A stretch of DNA of 64,000 nt from the NCBI GenBank assembly GCA_039588275.1, contig JBDHAC010000004.1, positions 1 to 64,000 on the forward strand. The letters are read 5' to 3'. The stretch is from Gemmatimonadota bacterium. GTDB taxonomy: Bacteria > Gemmatimonadota > Gemmatimonadetes > Palauibacterales > Palauibacteraceae. Below, one piece after another: positions 44,989 to 55,157 of the stretch. The first letter of the stretch is position 1. Every line of letters starts with the position of its first letter. The position numbers and the translations under genes are program-made. The notes beneath the pieces are model-generated. The model was not told the DNA's origin. It searched no databases and was given only the letters and a program-made list of their open reading frames with translations.

Positions 44989-45031
44989 CTGCCCCCCTCG
45001 GCTGAGAGTATCTCTCCCGGCCCCACCCGGG

Positions 45032-45811
45032 TCATGAACAGGGATTCGCGGGCAGACGCACCGGCCGCAAGGTGTAATTGCGATCCAGCAGCCTCGCCCC
45101 CGTCGTCTGGAAGTACTCGCTCCAGAAAGCCTTCACCCGCTGCGCGATCTGGGTGTCCACTCGAGCCCCCACCACCATGACGCACAGGTCCGTCAAGTCC
45201 GGGAGCCTGCCCTGGGCATCGGCGTCCGCTACCCAGCCTGCGGGAGGCATCTGACGAAGCCCTTCCATGTCGATCGCACGGTTAGACTGGAGCATGTCCG
45301 AAAAAAGATACAAGATCGTCTCATGATCTCGATAGGCCCGCAACTCCTCGCCCACGTCGTGCAGGGTTGAGAGGATGTCGGTGCCATTGATGTTCTGCCG
45401 GCCCGTCGTATCGGAGAACTGCGACAAGAGGATCTTCGCATCTCTCAGGAAACGGGCGCGCGAGATGGAATCCTGCATGAGCTCTCGACCGGTGAACTCC
45501 ACCTCCGGGACCTGTTGCGACCAGCGCCGGGGCGGCTCGGCGAGCGAGAGCTGCAAGAGCTGCATGGCCGCCACACGATCTCCGTAGTCCAGCTCGTCCA
45601 GCCTTTGGTTCGTGAGCTCCGCGGCCAGTGTGAGGGTATGGTCCGGGATGCTGGTCGAGCGATCGAAGACGAAAATCACCTGTAGCTGCGGCCGTACGCT
45701 CGCGGGGGGCTGCGAGTCTCCACCGGGCGCGGACCCGCCGGAGCAGGCCCACGTGCCGAGTATGAGAAGAAGCGCGGTATGTAGGGCTGAACGTTGTCCG
45801 TGCCTCACCAC
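45032..45811 (-). CDS. Lipoprotein with VWA-like (MIDAS) domain
   Basis: Lipobox TWA-C; FVFDRSTS (DxSxS), GTDIL (T) and LFSDMLQ (D) give the MIDAS pattern; overlaps the upstream gene end. Confidence 0.65.
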   Translation of the reverse strand: MVRHGQRSALHTALLLILGTWACSGGSAPGGDSQPPASVRPQLQVIFVFDRSTSIPDHTLTLAAELTNQRLDELDYGDRVAAMQLLQLSLAEPPRRWSQQVPEVEFTGRELMQDSISRARFLRDAKILLSQFSDTTGRQNINGTDILSTLHDVGEELRAYRDHETILYLFSDMLQSNRAIDMEGLRQMPPAGWVADADAQGRLPDLTDLCVMVVGARVDTQIAQRVKAFWSEYFQTTGARLLDRNYTLRPVRLPANPCS

Positions 45812-47493
45812 GCGATCGCTTCCTGGTTGAACCTCTGGCGCGCCTCCTCGAACCGCTGCGCCAGACCGTGTCGCTCGCCGTCGTATTGCTCGGGCGAGCG
45901 GAGCGGCTCGATCGCCCCCGCGTCCTCCACTTCGATCTCGATGCCGAGAGCGACGGGCTCCTGGAACGCCGCAATGGTGCGCGGGTCCAGGCCACGCGCA
46001 CGTCCGTTCTCCGCGCGGTAGAGGGCGATCACGGATTCAAGCTCTCGAACCATCGCGCGCGGCTCCTCCAGAGCCGATGCGACGGCTACGGTCTTCAACG
46101 AGCGGATCCTCTTCGCCAGATCGGCGAGGAAGGTCGTGACGTCGCTGGCCGTCCCCTCCGCCGCTTCGATGAACTCCAGGCGTTCTCGCTCGAACGGACT
46201 TTCGTTGAAGTGCTCCCTGCGTCTGTCCCGCCGGTGGAAGTATGCCGCCGACAGCGCGCATATCACCAATGTCGTGTTGAGGAGCAGGATGGGGAAGCTC
46301 AGGCGGCTCATCGAGCCGGCATACTCCCGCAACAACACCGCAGCGCCCTGCATGTCGTCCGCCCGGTTCAACCGCGCGTTGGCTTCGAGCAAGTTCCCGT
46401 CGGCTCTGAGGAAGCCGGCTTGTCGGCGGAGCTCCTCGACGACGATTGTGTCCTGCTGGTACTGCTCTTCGCCGACCTGACCGAGTCGGATGCGCGCCTC
46501 GTAAAGAACGCCGAGGACGAGAATCAGGCCCAGGGCCGTAAGGGCCATGGGGATCACGTTCTCCATCTTGGACTTCACGGCGACCGTATGGTGGCGCTCC
46601 TCCTGGTCGTGTTGCATCACGAGGTCGCGCAAGGAATGCCCGAAGAAGTGGGCGAGCACGCACAGGAACGTCACGACCCCCGCCGCCAGGAGGGCGGCGT
46701 CGGGCCTCAGGAGGATCTGCGCGAAGACGCGCTCGGCCCCCGCGAACCATCCCTCCGACGTCTCAGCCACCAGTCGGATCTGCCGCTCGGTGAGCACGTC
46801 TCGCGGGAGAAGCGCCTGGAACACAGGGGCGTTGGCGAAGAACTCCACGAGCCCCAAGAAGGTGATCGCGAGGAGATAAATGCGAGTCTGGATCCCACGA
46901 TCCTGTGCGTCCTTGCCGAGCTCGTCCGTGACTTCGCGGTGACGAAGAGCCCGCCGCGCCTTGAGCCGCAGCAGTTCGTTGGTGAGCCGCTCGAAGCGGT
47001 CGACGGCCAGCGAGGCTCGCCCGAGCTTGTCGGTGATCTGCTCTTCGTGCTCAGCGACCTCGTTGTGCAGCCATCTGCGGTATTGAAAGCTCCAGCGATC
47101 GAAGAACGCCCGGCACCGGTCTCGAAGGTCCTGCTCGGAGCCCGTGGGGCCAGGGCTCGACTCCTGCGGAACGCCGGCCGCCGCATCCTCTCGAGCGACC
47201 CGGATGGCCTCATCGCGGAGGCGACTGACGCCGACCTCCTGAAGATCCGTCACCGGGCTTTGCAGCGCTCCCGGCGTGGTCACGTGCGAGGCTTCTGGCC
47301 CGACGACGGCGACCGGCCGCCGGTCGTCGGGCCGCACCGGCAGGCTATCGCGCGCGACGTCCTGGGGAGCGGCGCGGCGTGCTTCCATGCGCTCGAGCCA
47401 ACTCGGCGATCGGTTCTCGCCATCGCCGGCGGCAGGGGGAGTGGGATCGTCGTTCAGCGTCGGGTCCGGTTGGGCGTTCGTGTCATCTGCCAA
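45805..47493 (-). CDS. Hypothetical membrane protein (about 4 TM) with long coiled coils
   Basis: Charged helical N-region, TM segments (IYLLAITFLGLVEFFAN; LLAAGVVTFLCVLAHFFG; ALGLILVLGVLY; ILLLNTTLVICALSAAYF) and charged helical C-region. Confidence 0.75.
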   Translation of the reverse strand: MADDTNAQPDPTLNDDPTPPAAGDGENRSPSWLERMEARRAAPQDVARDSLPVRPDDRRPVAVVGPEASHVTTPGALQSPVTDLQEVGVSRLRDEAIRVAREDAAAGVPQESSPGPTGSEQDLRDRCRAFFDRWSFQYRRWLHNEVAEHEEQITDKLGRASLAVDRFERLTNELLRLKARRALRHREVTDELGKDAQDRGIQTRIYLLAITFLGLVEFFANAPVFQALLPRDVLTERQIRLVAETSEGWFAGAERVFAQILLRPDAALLAAGVVTFLCVLAHFFGHSLRDLVMQHDQEERHHTVAVKSKMENVIPMALTALGLILVLGVLYEARIRLGQVGEEQYQQDTIVVEELRRQAGFLRADGNLLEANARLNRADDMQGAAVLLREYAGSMSRLSFPILLLNTTLVICALSAAYFHRRDRRREHFNESPFERERLEFIEAAEGTASDVTTFLADLAKRIRSLKTVAVASALEEPRAMVRELESVIALYRAENGRARGLDPRTIAAFQEPVALGIEIEVEDAGAIEPLRSPEQYDGERHGLAQRFEEARQRFNQEAIAW

Positions 47494-47506
47494 TGGATCC
47501 TCTCCC

Positions 47507-48856
47507 TCAGATCATCCCTTCGCCGACCGGCATGTCGAGGAAGTAGGACCGACACGCGAGCCCCAGCATACGCCCGGACAGCGCCGGCTCCTCTCCCAGG
47601 TAGCGAGAGATATCCAGCAGGTGGTTGACGATGTCACGGGGGTGACAGGCTCGCGCCGGCAGCCCACGCTTCTCGTAGAACTCCTTGTAGACGAGATCGA
47701 CGCCTCTCTCGGAATATTCCAGTCCAGCGGTGTCGCAGCAGCGTTGGAAGATCTCCTCGTAATCCTCGCGCGAGGGATTCCCGACCAGGACTTTGTACTG
47801 AATCCTACGGAGGAATGCTTCCTCGACCAACTCGCTGGGGTTCAGGTTCGTCGCGAAGATCAGCAGGCACTCGAACGGCACCGGGAGCTTGTGCCCCATC
47901 GGGAGGCTCAGGAAATCCATATGCCGGTCGAGGGGGACCATCCAGCGGTTCAGCAGGTCGCGAGGCCGCACGCGCTGCCGACCGAAATCGTCGATGATGA
48001 AGACGCCGCAGTTGGCCTTGATCTGAGGGGGCGCGCGGTAGACGCCCGACTGAGGATCGAATTGGAGCTCCAGCTCATCCAGCGTGAGCTCACCACCCAC
48101 CATGACGACTGGTCGTCGAACCAGCGCGTATCGCTGGTCGAAGTCGGGGGCCTCTCGCAGGAAGGTCGGACCCTCCTCCTGGAAATCGACCTCACCCTGA
48201 CTGCGGTGAGCGACGGGATCGAAGACGCTGATGATCTGGCCGTCGATCTCGATAGCGAACGGGATGAAGATCGTGGTGCCCAGCATCTCGGCGACGGCTT
48301 CCGCGATCGACGTCTTTCCGTTCCCGGCGTGTCCGTAGAGGAACAGCGACTTTCCCGAGTTGATCGCGGGACCGAGCGTCTCGATGAACTCCTCGTCGAA
48401 CACGAGGTGGCTGAAGCCCTCGACGATCCTCTCGCGGCCGACCTGTAGGCCACGCGTGCTCTGTGAGCGGACCGATTCCCAGTACTCGGAAAGCGGGATC
48501 GGCGCCGGACCTACGTAGCGGCTCGTCTGCATGATCTCGCGGCAACGCGCACGTCCTTCACCCGTGATGTCGAACGTGTACCCGACGCGTCCGTGGCCCT
48601 CGCTCCCGCGCACCTCTACGAGCCGTCGATGCTGGAGGTCGAGAAGCTCATCGTCGAGGATGGCGAACGGGAGTCGCAGGAACCCCTCGAGCTGTCTCCC
48701 GGTTCGCGCGCCCTGGAGATAGAGCGTCTTCAGGAGCAAGTCGGATACGAACGCGTCGGAGAGACCCGTGTCCTCGAGGGTCTCCGGCACCGGGGGCGCT
48801 TTTGATGCGGCCGCCTCGGGGGCGACCGCGGCTTCGGCGGCAACGTAGGGAGTCAT
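47507..48856 (-). CDS. Tad-locus-associated P-loop/AAA ATPase with N-terminal winged-helix-like segment
   Basis: PETLEDTGL, YVGPAP, LGPAINSGKSLFLYGHAGNGKT (Walker A), GGELTL, KANCGVFIIDDFGRQ (Walker B), LNRWMVPL, FATNL, EAFLRRI. Confidence 0.85.
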   Translation of the reverse strand: MTPYVAAEAAVAPEAAASKAPPVPETLEDTGLSDAFVSDLLLKTLYLQGARTGRQLEGFLRLPFAILDDELLDLQHRRLVEVRGSEGHGRVGYTFDITGEGRARCREIMQTSRYVGPAPIPLSEYWESVRSQSTRGLQVGRERIVEGFSHLVFDEEFIETLGPAINSGKSLFLYGHAGNGKTSIAEAVAEMLGTTIFIPFAIEIDGQIISVFDPVAHRSQGEVDFQEEGPTFLREAPDFDQRYALVRRPVVMVGGELTLDELELQFDPQSGVYRAPPQIKANCGVFIIDDFGRQRVRPRDLLNRWMVPLDRHMDFLSLPMGHKLPVPFECLLIFATNLNPSELVEEAFLRRIQYKVLVGNPSREDYEEIFQRCCDTAGLEYSERGVDLVYKEFYEKRGLPARACHPRDIVNHLLDISRYLGEEPALSGRMLGLACRSYFLDMPVGEGMI

Positions 48857-48878
48857 GGTATTCTTCGTCCTCCACCCA

Positions 48879-49250
48879 TCACGCGGCCGCGCGGCCGCTT
48901 TCAGTCCACTCGAGCTGGTCGCCGATCTCGGTTCCCGTCGACGCGAGCGTGCCCGTTGGCAACTCGAGCGCGTACTCGGCGCTCCAGTGCATCTTCGTGC
49001 GCTTCCTGGGCTGCAGGTCCGAATACACCGCCACGACCCGCTTCGCTTTGTCCACCAGCGCCACGTCGATGGCGAACTTCATCCAGTACATGTGCACGCC
49101 CTGGCTCGGCACGATGAGGAGCCCCTCCCCAAGCTGCGGCTCGGGCTGCCCGATCAGGCCCCTGAGACGAGGCCACCAGCGGTCGGCGACCTGTATCCGG
49201 TCGCCGAGTGCCACGCCACGGCTGACGTTGGCGATCCGGATCGTACTCAA
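48879..49250 (-). CDS. DUF192 family protein
   Basis: VADRWWPRLRGLIG, GLLIVP, VHMYWMKFAIDV, ALELPTG; TTG start directly after tadC. Confidence 0.85.
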   Translation of the reverse strand: MSTIRIANVSRGVALGDRIQVADRWWPRLRGLIGQPEPQLGEGLLIVPSQGVHMYWMKFAIDVALVDKAKRVVAVYSDLQPRKRTKMHWSAEYALELPTGTLASTGTEIGDQLEWTESGRAAA

Positions 49251-49252
49251 CG

Positions 49253-50182
49253 CTAGAAGCCTCCGAAGAAGTCCCGGAAGATGAACACCGACGGCCCGAC
49301 GAGGACGACGAAGATTGCCGGGAAGATGAAGAAGATGAGCGGGAACAACATCTTCACGGTTGTCTTTGCCGCGGCCTCCTCGGCGCGCTGCATGCGCTTG
49401 GACCGCAGAGTCTCTGCATGAACGCGTAGGGCGTCGGCGATCGAAGTCCCGAATCGGTCCGTCTGCATGAGCATCGACGTCAGAGAACGGATGTCGTCGA
49501 CGCCGGTACGTTCGCCGAGTCGCCGAAGGGCTTCGTCGCGAGGCGTCCCCGCCCGGATCTCCAGGTTCACCACGGTGAGCTCATCGCTCATCTCGGGGCT
49601 GAGACGGTCCACCTCCTCGGACACGCGAACGAGCGCCTGGTTGAGACCCAAACCCGCCTCGACGCACACTACGAGCAGATCGAGCGTGTCCGGGAGGGCT
49701 CGGCGAAGCTCGAGCTGACGCTTCTTGACACGACCGTCCACGTACAGGTACGGGAACATCCACCCGAAGAGCCCCAGTAGAACGGCGATCAGGAAGAGAG
49801 CGGGTGGCCGCACGCCGAGGAACGCGAGCCCCAGGAAGCCTCCGATGCCCAACCCCGCGCCCCCCAGGATGCGGGTGGCCAGATAGATGGCGACCGCGTT
49901 CGGGTGCCGAATGCCGGCGTGGACCATCCACAGTCGCGTGGCGGAATCGCTGACCTGCCGAGCGCCGACCCGTTCTCCGAGCGCCTGGAGGATCCCGGAG
50001 AACCGCTCTCGCTTCGCTTGGCGGCGACGTCGCTCACGCAACTCGCGGTACGTCATCGCGCCCGTCTGGAGCGACGCCAGCCGTCGACGCACGAGCCGTG
50101 TCTCGGCCGGCGCGATGTTGGCGAGGCCGAGTACGAGCAGCCCCACCGCGAGCGCTGTCAGGGCCACGACGAGAAAGATCAT
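49253..50182 (-). CDS. tadC: Tad inner-membrane platform protein TadC
   Basis: LPDTLDLLVVCVEAGLGL, EIRAGTPR, QTDRFGTSIADALR, RAEEAAAK, KMLFPL. Confidence 0.93.
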   Translation of the reverse strand: MIFLVVALTALAVGLLVLGLANIAPAETRLVRRRLASLQTGAMTYRELRERRRRQAKRERFSGILQALGERVGARQVSDSATRLWMVHAGIRHPNAVAIYLATRILGGAGLGIGGFLGLAFLGVRPPALFLIAVLLGLFGWMFPYLYVDGRVKKRQLELRRALPDTLDLLVVCVEAGLGLNQALVRVSEEVDRLSPEMSDELTVVNLEIRAGTPRDEALRRLGERTGVDDIRSLTSMLMQTDRFGTSIADALRVHAETLRSKRMQRAEEAAAKTTVKMLFPLIFFIFPAIFVVLVGPSVFIFRDFFGGF

Positions 50183-50206
50183 CTTCCTTCCCTCAGATCA
50201 GAGCGG

Positions 50207-51193
50207 TCAGAAGTCGATGTCCATGATCCGCCGAATGGCGACGAACCCGATGAGCTGAAGGCCTGCAGCCATGGCTAGCATCAGCCGTCCGAGCGGCTCG
50301 GTAAACAGGACGCGCATGTACTCGGGATTCAGCATGAACATCCCAACGCCCGCGACGATCGGGGCCAGTCCGAGCACGATTCCGGTCATGCGACCGTGAG
50401 CCGTGTGCGTTCGCAGCTGTCGTCGGAAGCGGAATCGGTCACGGATGATCTTCGACAGGTTGTCGAGGATCTCCGCGAGGTTACCCCCGGATTCCAGCTG
50501 GATCAGTACGGCGGTCACGAAGATCCGGACATCGAGCAGGGTCAAGCGATCCGCGAGCGCGAGTAGGGACTCCGAAAGGGGCAACCCGAACTTCTGCTCC
50601 TCGTATACCTGCCGGAACTCGCCCGAGATGGGCTCGGTCGCCTCCTCGGAGACCACACGAAGCCCGGTGGAGAAGGCGTGCCCGGCCCGGATGGCCCGAC
50701 CCAAGAGGTCGATGGCCTCGGGGAAATTCTCCTCGAAGCGGAGGAACCGCTTCTTCCGTTTACGCGACACGCTCAGGTAGGGAAACAACGCACCGACCGT
50801 CGCGCCGGCGACCGGCACGATCCAACCACCCACCGAAACGAGCATCGCGATCCCGACCGCGGCCGCGAAGCCCACCGTGAGGAGAACGAACGTGCCGACG
50901 CTCCACCCCACGTCGGCCTGCGCGAGGAAGTGCCGCATGTCCTGACGGCGCGGGAACTTGAGTAACACAGGCTCGAGCCAGTGAGGGTCGTCGGGCGATC
51001 GCTGCCGCAGGAGACTGTCGAGGCCCTCCTCATGGTCGGGGTCCGAGAGCTTCCGAAGCTCGCGGCTGATCGATCGTTGACGCCCGACCTGTCTAAGCCC
51101 CTCCCATAGCAGCGCGAGCGACGCGATGGCGAGCGCCACGATGCCGAAGGCAACCAGGGCCGCCAGAACCGGAGAGCCGCGTAACGCTTCCAC
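50207..51193 (-). CDS. tadB: Tad inner-membrane platform protein TadB
   Basis: FPEAIDLLGRAIRAGH, EF...EQKFG, IQLESGGNLAEIL, TAHGR, NPEY; GTG start just after the tadA stop. Confidence 0.93.
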   Translation of the reverse strand: MEALRGSPVLAALVAFGIVALAIASLALLWEGLRQVGRQRSISRELRKLSDPDHEEGLDSLLRQRSPDDPHWLEPVLLKFPRRQDMRHFLAQADVGWSVGTFVLLTVGFAAAVGIAMLVSVGGWIVPVAGATVGALFPYLSVSRKRKKRFLRFEENFPEAIDLLGRAIRAGHAFSTGLRVVSEEATEPISGEFRQVYEEQKFGLPLSESLLALADRLTLLDVRIFVTAVLIQLESGGNLAEILDNLSKIIRDRFRFRRQLRTHTAHGRMTGIVLGLAPIVAGVGMFMLNPEYMRVLFTEPLGRLMLAMAAGLQLIGFVAIRRIMDIDF

Positions 51194-51195
51194 CG

Positions 51196-52599
51196 TCAGA
51201 TCCCGCTGGCGAGGTCGAGGTTCGCGAACAGCGTCTCGGACAGGTCGATACCGTGCTCCTGCAGACGCTCGGCGCACTTCGGACGGATCCCCGTCGCGCG
51301 GAAGTCTCCCGCGACCTGACCTTCGGGCGTCACGCCTTCGCGCTCGAAGGTGAACAGATCCTGCATGGTGATCACATCGCCCTCCATCCCGACGATCTCC
51401 GCGATCGAGACGATCTTTCGGTTCCCGTCCGAAAGCCGGGACACGTGGATGACGACGTCGATCGCGCTCGCGATCTGTTGACGGACGCCCTTCTCCGGGA
51501 GATTGAGGTTGGCCATCGAGACCATGGTCTCCAGACGGTGAAGCGCGTCCCTGGGAGTGTTCGCGTGCAGGGTCGTGAGCGACCCGTCGTGGCCGGTGTT
51601 CATGGCCTGGAGCATGTCGATCGCCTCGGAACCGCGGACCTCTCCGACGATGATTCGGTCGGGCCGCATGCGCAGCGAGTTGATTACGAGCTGCCGCTGA
51701 GTGACCTGGCCCGCTCCCTCGATGTTCGGTGGACGGGTCTCCAGCCGAACCACGTGCGGCTGACGGAGCTGCAGCTCCGCCGAGTCCTCGATCGTCACAA
51801 TTCGCTCAGTGTGCGGGATCGATTCCGACAGCACGTTCAGAAGCGTGGTCTTTCCGGACCCGGTACCCCCCGTGATAAGCACATTGAGCTGCGCCTTCAC
51901 GCACCCCTGAAGAAGCGTGAGCATCTCGCCGGTCAGCGATTGGTTGCGCCGAAGGTCATCTGAGGACAGGACATCCCGTCGGAACTTACGGATCGACAGA
52001 TGAGGACCGTCGATCGCCAATGGCGGGATGATCGCGTTCACGCGCGAGCCATCCGCCAGACGGGCGTCGACCATCGGGGACGAATCGTCTATCCGCCGCC
52101 CCACCGCCGATACGATCCGGTCGATGACCTGAAGGAGGTGACGGTCGTCCCGGAACCGCACGTCGGTCTTGTGCAGCCTACCGTCGATCTCGATGAACAC
52201 CTGGTCGTATCCGTTGACCAGGATATCGGAGATGCTCATGTCGTTGACGAGCGGCTCCAGCGGTCCGAGGCCGAAGACCTCGTTGATGACCTGCTCGACC
52301 AGCATCTCCCGCTCTTCGAGGTTGAGCGGAGTCTCTTCGCTCGCGAGCAAATCGCGCACGATCTTGCGGACTTCGTCCGCCGCCTCCTCCTGATCTCGCT
52401 CGCTCAGATTTGCGAGATTGAGGCGCTCCAGGAGACGCCGGTGGACGCGGGTGCGGATCTCCTGCAGCTCGGTCGGATAGTCTCCCGAGCTCACCCAACC
52501 ACTGTCCAGGTCCGGCTCGCTCCCGCGCTCCCAGGCGGCCTGTCCTCCACCCGTCGAGGCCATTGCCTCCTGCTCGGGAAGATCGGCTGCACTACTCAT
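51196..52599 (-). CDS. tadA: Tad secretion ATPase TadA/CpaF
   Basis: [56 protein letters not shown]. Confidence 0.96.
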   Translation of the reverse strand: MSSAADLPEQEAMASTGGGQAAWERGSEPDLDSGWVSSGDYPTELQEIRTRVHRRLLERLNLANLSERDQEEAADEVRKIVRDLLASEETPLNLEEREMLVEQVINEVFGLGPLEPLVNDMSISDILVNGYDQVFIEIDGRLHKTDVRFRDDRHLLQVIDRIVSAVGRRIDDSSPMVDARLADGSRVNAIIPPLAIDGPHLSIRKFRRDVLSSDDLRRNQSLTGEMLTLLQGCVKAQLNVLITGGTGSGKTTLLNVLSESIPHTERIVTIEDSAELQLRQPHVVRLETRPPNIEGAGQVTQRQLVINSLRMRPDRIIVGEVRGSEAIDMLQAMNTGHDGSLTTLHANTPRDALHRLETMVSMANLNLPEKGVRQQIASAIDVVIHVSRLSDGNRKIVSIAEIVGMEGDVITMQDLFTFEREGVTPEGQVAGDFRATGIRPKCAERLQEHGIDLSETLFANLDLASGI

Positions 52600-53875
52600 G
52601 GCTCTTCACCTCATCCTTCGCGACCGCCCCTTGGCGCCCGTTTCGTCCGAACAAACCCGAGAGCCAGCCACCCGACCCCTCGGCTACGCGTGTCCCGGTC
52701 ACCCTCGAGGCCAGCGACCGTATGTCCCTCGCGAACGTCGATTTCTGGTCCGCCACCGCCGGTCGCCCGGCGTTGATCGAGTTCATCACCGCCCGATAGT
52801 CGTTCCGAAGCGTCCAGAAGACGTCCATCTCCAAGGTCTTCTCGATCTCGGGGACCGTGATGGCCTGGTGAGGATCGAATCGGTTCACCAAGAGACGAAT
52901 CCACTCGTCCGGCTTATGTCGACCGAAGCTCCGGACGAGCTGGAGGCACCGGGTCAGATTGCGAAGCGACGGGATGTCGGCGGTGGTGACCAGGTAGACT
53001 TCGTCCGAATCCTCGAGGGCGCCGAGCGTGGCCGGCGTAAACGTCTTCGGGGAGTCCACGATGATGTAGTCGTAATGCTGCTTCAGGAAGCTCAGGACCT
53101 GACGGACCCTCTCGCTGCTGACGGCCTCGTAGTCGGCGGGCTGGTAGGGTGCCGACAGGATCTCGACGCCCGTGTCGTGGCGCTCGATGTACGAGGCGAG
53201 CAACCCGGAATCGACGCGGTGGAAGTTCTTCATCAGGTCGACGACGCTGAATCGGGGCTCGACGCCCAGGACGAGGGCCGATTCACCCAACTCGAGATCG
53301 AGATCGACCAGGAGTGTCTTCCTGCGCGTAAGCCGGTGCATCTCGATCGCGAGGTTCGCCGCCACGGTGGTCGAGCCCGTACCGCCCTTCGCGCTGAAGA
53401 CCATGATCACCCGGCCCGGCTCAGCCGAAAGCCGCTCGACGTGACGCCCGGACTTTCGCAGCACGCGCTCGATGGCGCTCTCCAGCTTTGCCGACTCCAC
53501 CGGCTTGCCCACGAACTCGGTCACCCCGGCCTGCATGGCCGCGAGGATGATCTCGGGGGCATCGGTGCTTCCGAAGGCGATCGTCGCGGCCGCCAGGTCC
53601 GAGTCGATCACGAACTGCGCGAACTTGAGCCCGACGTGAGGGTCGCTCTCCAGATCGAGAAAGGCGATATCCGGCTTCAGGCCTCGCAACTGCTCGAGAT
53701 GCGAGTCGTCGATCTCCGTGAACGGCGCGGTGATCGACTTCTCGATTGCCACATGCGTGGGGCTTTCCTCCAACCGCGCACGCAACATCTCCGTGAAATC
53801 TCCGTCCGCGGAGATCGCGACCGCCGTCAGGGAGCCGCCAGGATCTGACCGTTTATCTACAGGCGCTGCGCTCAA
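52592..53875 (-). CDS. tadZ: TadZ/CpaE (receiver-like + MinD-like ATPase)
   Basis: Atypical receiver domain ([10 protein letters not shown]), deviant Walker [30 protein letters not shown], amphipathic GWLSGLF tail; start at TTG 53875 or GTG 53881. Confidence 0.9.
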   Translation of the reverse strand: MSAAPVDKRSDPGGSLTAVAISADGDFTEMLRARLEESPTHVAIEKSITAPFTEIDDSHLEQLRGLKPDIAFLDLESDPHVGLKFAQFVIDSDLAAATIAFGSTDAPEIILAAMQAGVTEFVGKPVESAKLESAIERVLRKSGRHVERLSAEPGRVIMVFSAKGGTGSTTVAANLAIEMHRLTRRKTLLVDLDLELGESALVLGVEPRFSVVDLMKNFHRVDSGLLASYIERHDTGVEILSAPYQPADYEAVSSERVRQVLSFLKQHYDYIIVDSPKTFTPATLGALEDSDEVYLVTTADIPSLRNLTRCLQLVRSFGRHKPDEWIRLLVNRFDPHQAITVPEIEKTLEMDVFWTLRNDYRAVMNSINAGRPAVADQKSTFARDIRSLASRVTGTRVAEGSGGWLSGLFGRNGRQGAVAKDEVKSHE

Positions 53876-53877
53876 GG

Positions 53878-55092
53878 TCACTCCACCAGTCTGAGTACTT
53901 TCACCACGGGACCGGCCCCCGGGTTGCTGCTCCCGAAGCCGATAGCCGGCATGATCCGGGCGTACACGTTCGCCTGACCGGGCGGCCCCGGATCGATGCT
54001 TTCGATGAACACGCCCATGAAATGGCTGATCAAGAAGTGCGGCCCGCTGCCCTGTTGCGTAAAGGTGTTCGGGTTGAATGCGGGGACCGCACGATACCGA
54101 AGCCCGCCGGTCACGATCGCGTTCCCGTTGTTGGCATCGCGCGCGCACGTGCAGCTCGGGTCGTAGTATTGCCCCGAGTAGAGCGGGTCGTTGAGGATCT
54201 GCCGGAACGCATCCACGAGCGATTGCTTGTTCCCCGCCTCCCTCCACATAGGATCTGTCGGGACGTACCCGTCGTCAGGTCCATCGGGGCACCCCAGGAT
54301 CCTCTCGCGAATCTCGGAGGTCCCGCTGACGCCCTGTGGGAGCCACAGGTCCCAGTAGCCCGGCTGCAAACGGCTGCTCGGCGGCGGACCCTTCCCCTTG
54401 CCGCCTTGCGACGGCAGGAGCGTGATCAGCTCGCCGATGATGTCGTATCCGACGTAGGCCGGGTTCGGGTTGCCGAACTGGTCGTACGGCTCCGGATAGT
54501 AATCGCCCTCGCTCGGATCCCATTCGAGGCTACCGAAGTTGACCCACCGATCCGGGAGGGCGACCGGAAGCAGGCAGCTCACGGACGCGGCATCGGGGGA
54601 CCACTCGGCGGCCGCCACCGTCGCCACGTCCACGTTGGTCACGCCGAACATGCGTGCGAACAGGGTCGACACCGGGCTGCCATAGTTCTGAGTGCGCAGC
54701 ACGCGGACCCGCACCTTGTCGGGGAGAAGCACGTCGATATCCTGATCGCGCAGAGCGATCTGATCGCCCCGGACGTCGTTCTGGCTCGCGTACTGCTTCG
54801 CCCACTGCCGAGCCTGCGCCGGATCTCCCGGCTTGTAGATGAGCGAGCCGGCTCCGGCCAACGCCGCACCGTCGGCCGTGCGCTGGGCCTCGCTGCGGGC
54901 GGTCATCAGCATGCCCATGTCGACCGCCAGCGCCGCGATGCTGATGAACACCGCGATGCCCAGCGCCACGAAGGCCGCGACGGCACCACGTTGATCGGTC
55001 GCCCAGCGGGCTCGTACCCGGCCCCGGCCGCGCCGTCGCTGCGCCCCGATGGGTGCGGGCGAGAACCCCGTCGTCGAATTCAACCGTCTCAT
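53878..55092 (-). CDS. tadG: TadG-like pseudopilin/adhesin
   Basis: QRGAVAAFVAL...ALAVDMG...EAQRTADGAALAGA TadG N-terminus; TLFARMFG; C-terminal LRLVE. Confidence 0.85.
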   Translation of the reverse strand: MRRLNSTTGFSPAPIGAQRRRGRGRVRARWATDQRGAVAAFVALGIAVFISIAALAVDMGMLMTARSEAQRTADGAALAGAGSLIYKPGDPAQARQWAKQYASQNDVRGDQIALRDQDIDVLLPDKVRVRVLRTQNYGSPVSTLFARMFGVTNVDVATVAAAEWSPDAASVSCLLPVALPDRWVNFGSLEWDPSEGDYYPEPYDQFGNPNPAYVGYDIIGELITLLPSQGGKGKGPPPSSRLQPGYWDLWLPQGVSGTSEIRERILGCPDGPDDGYVPTDPMWREAGNKQSLVDAFRQILNDPLYSGQYYDPSCTCARDANNGNAIVTGGLRYRAVPAFNPNTFTQQGSGPHFLISHFMGVFIESIDPGPPGQANVYARIMPAIGFGSSNPGAGPVVKVLRLVE

Positions 55093-55157
55093 CTGTCCGC
55101 TAATCCGTCGTCTACGGTCTCGAGTTCCCGACCCTATCCCCGTCGATCCGGATACCG

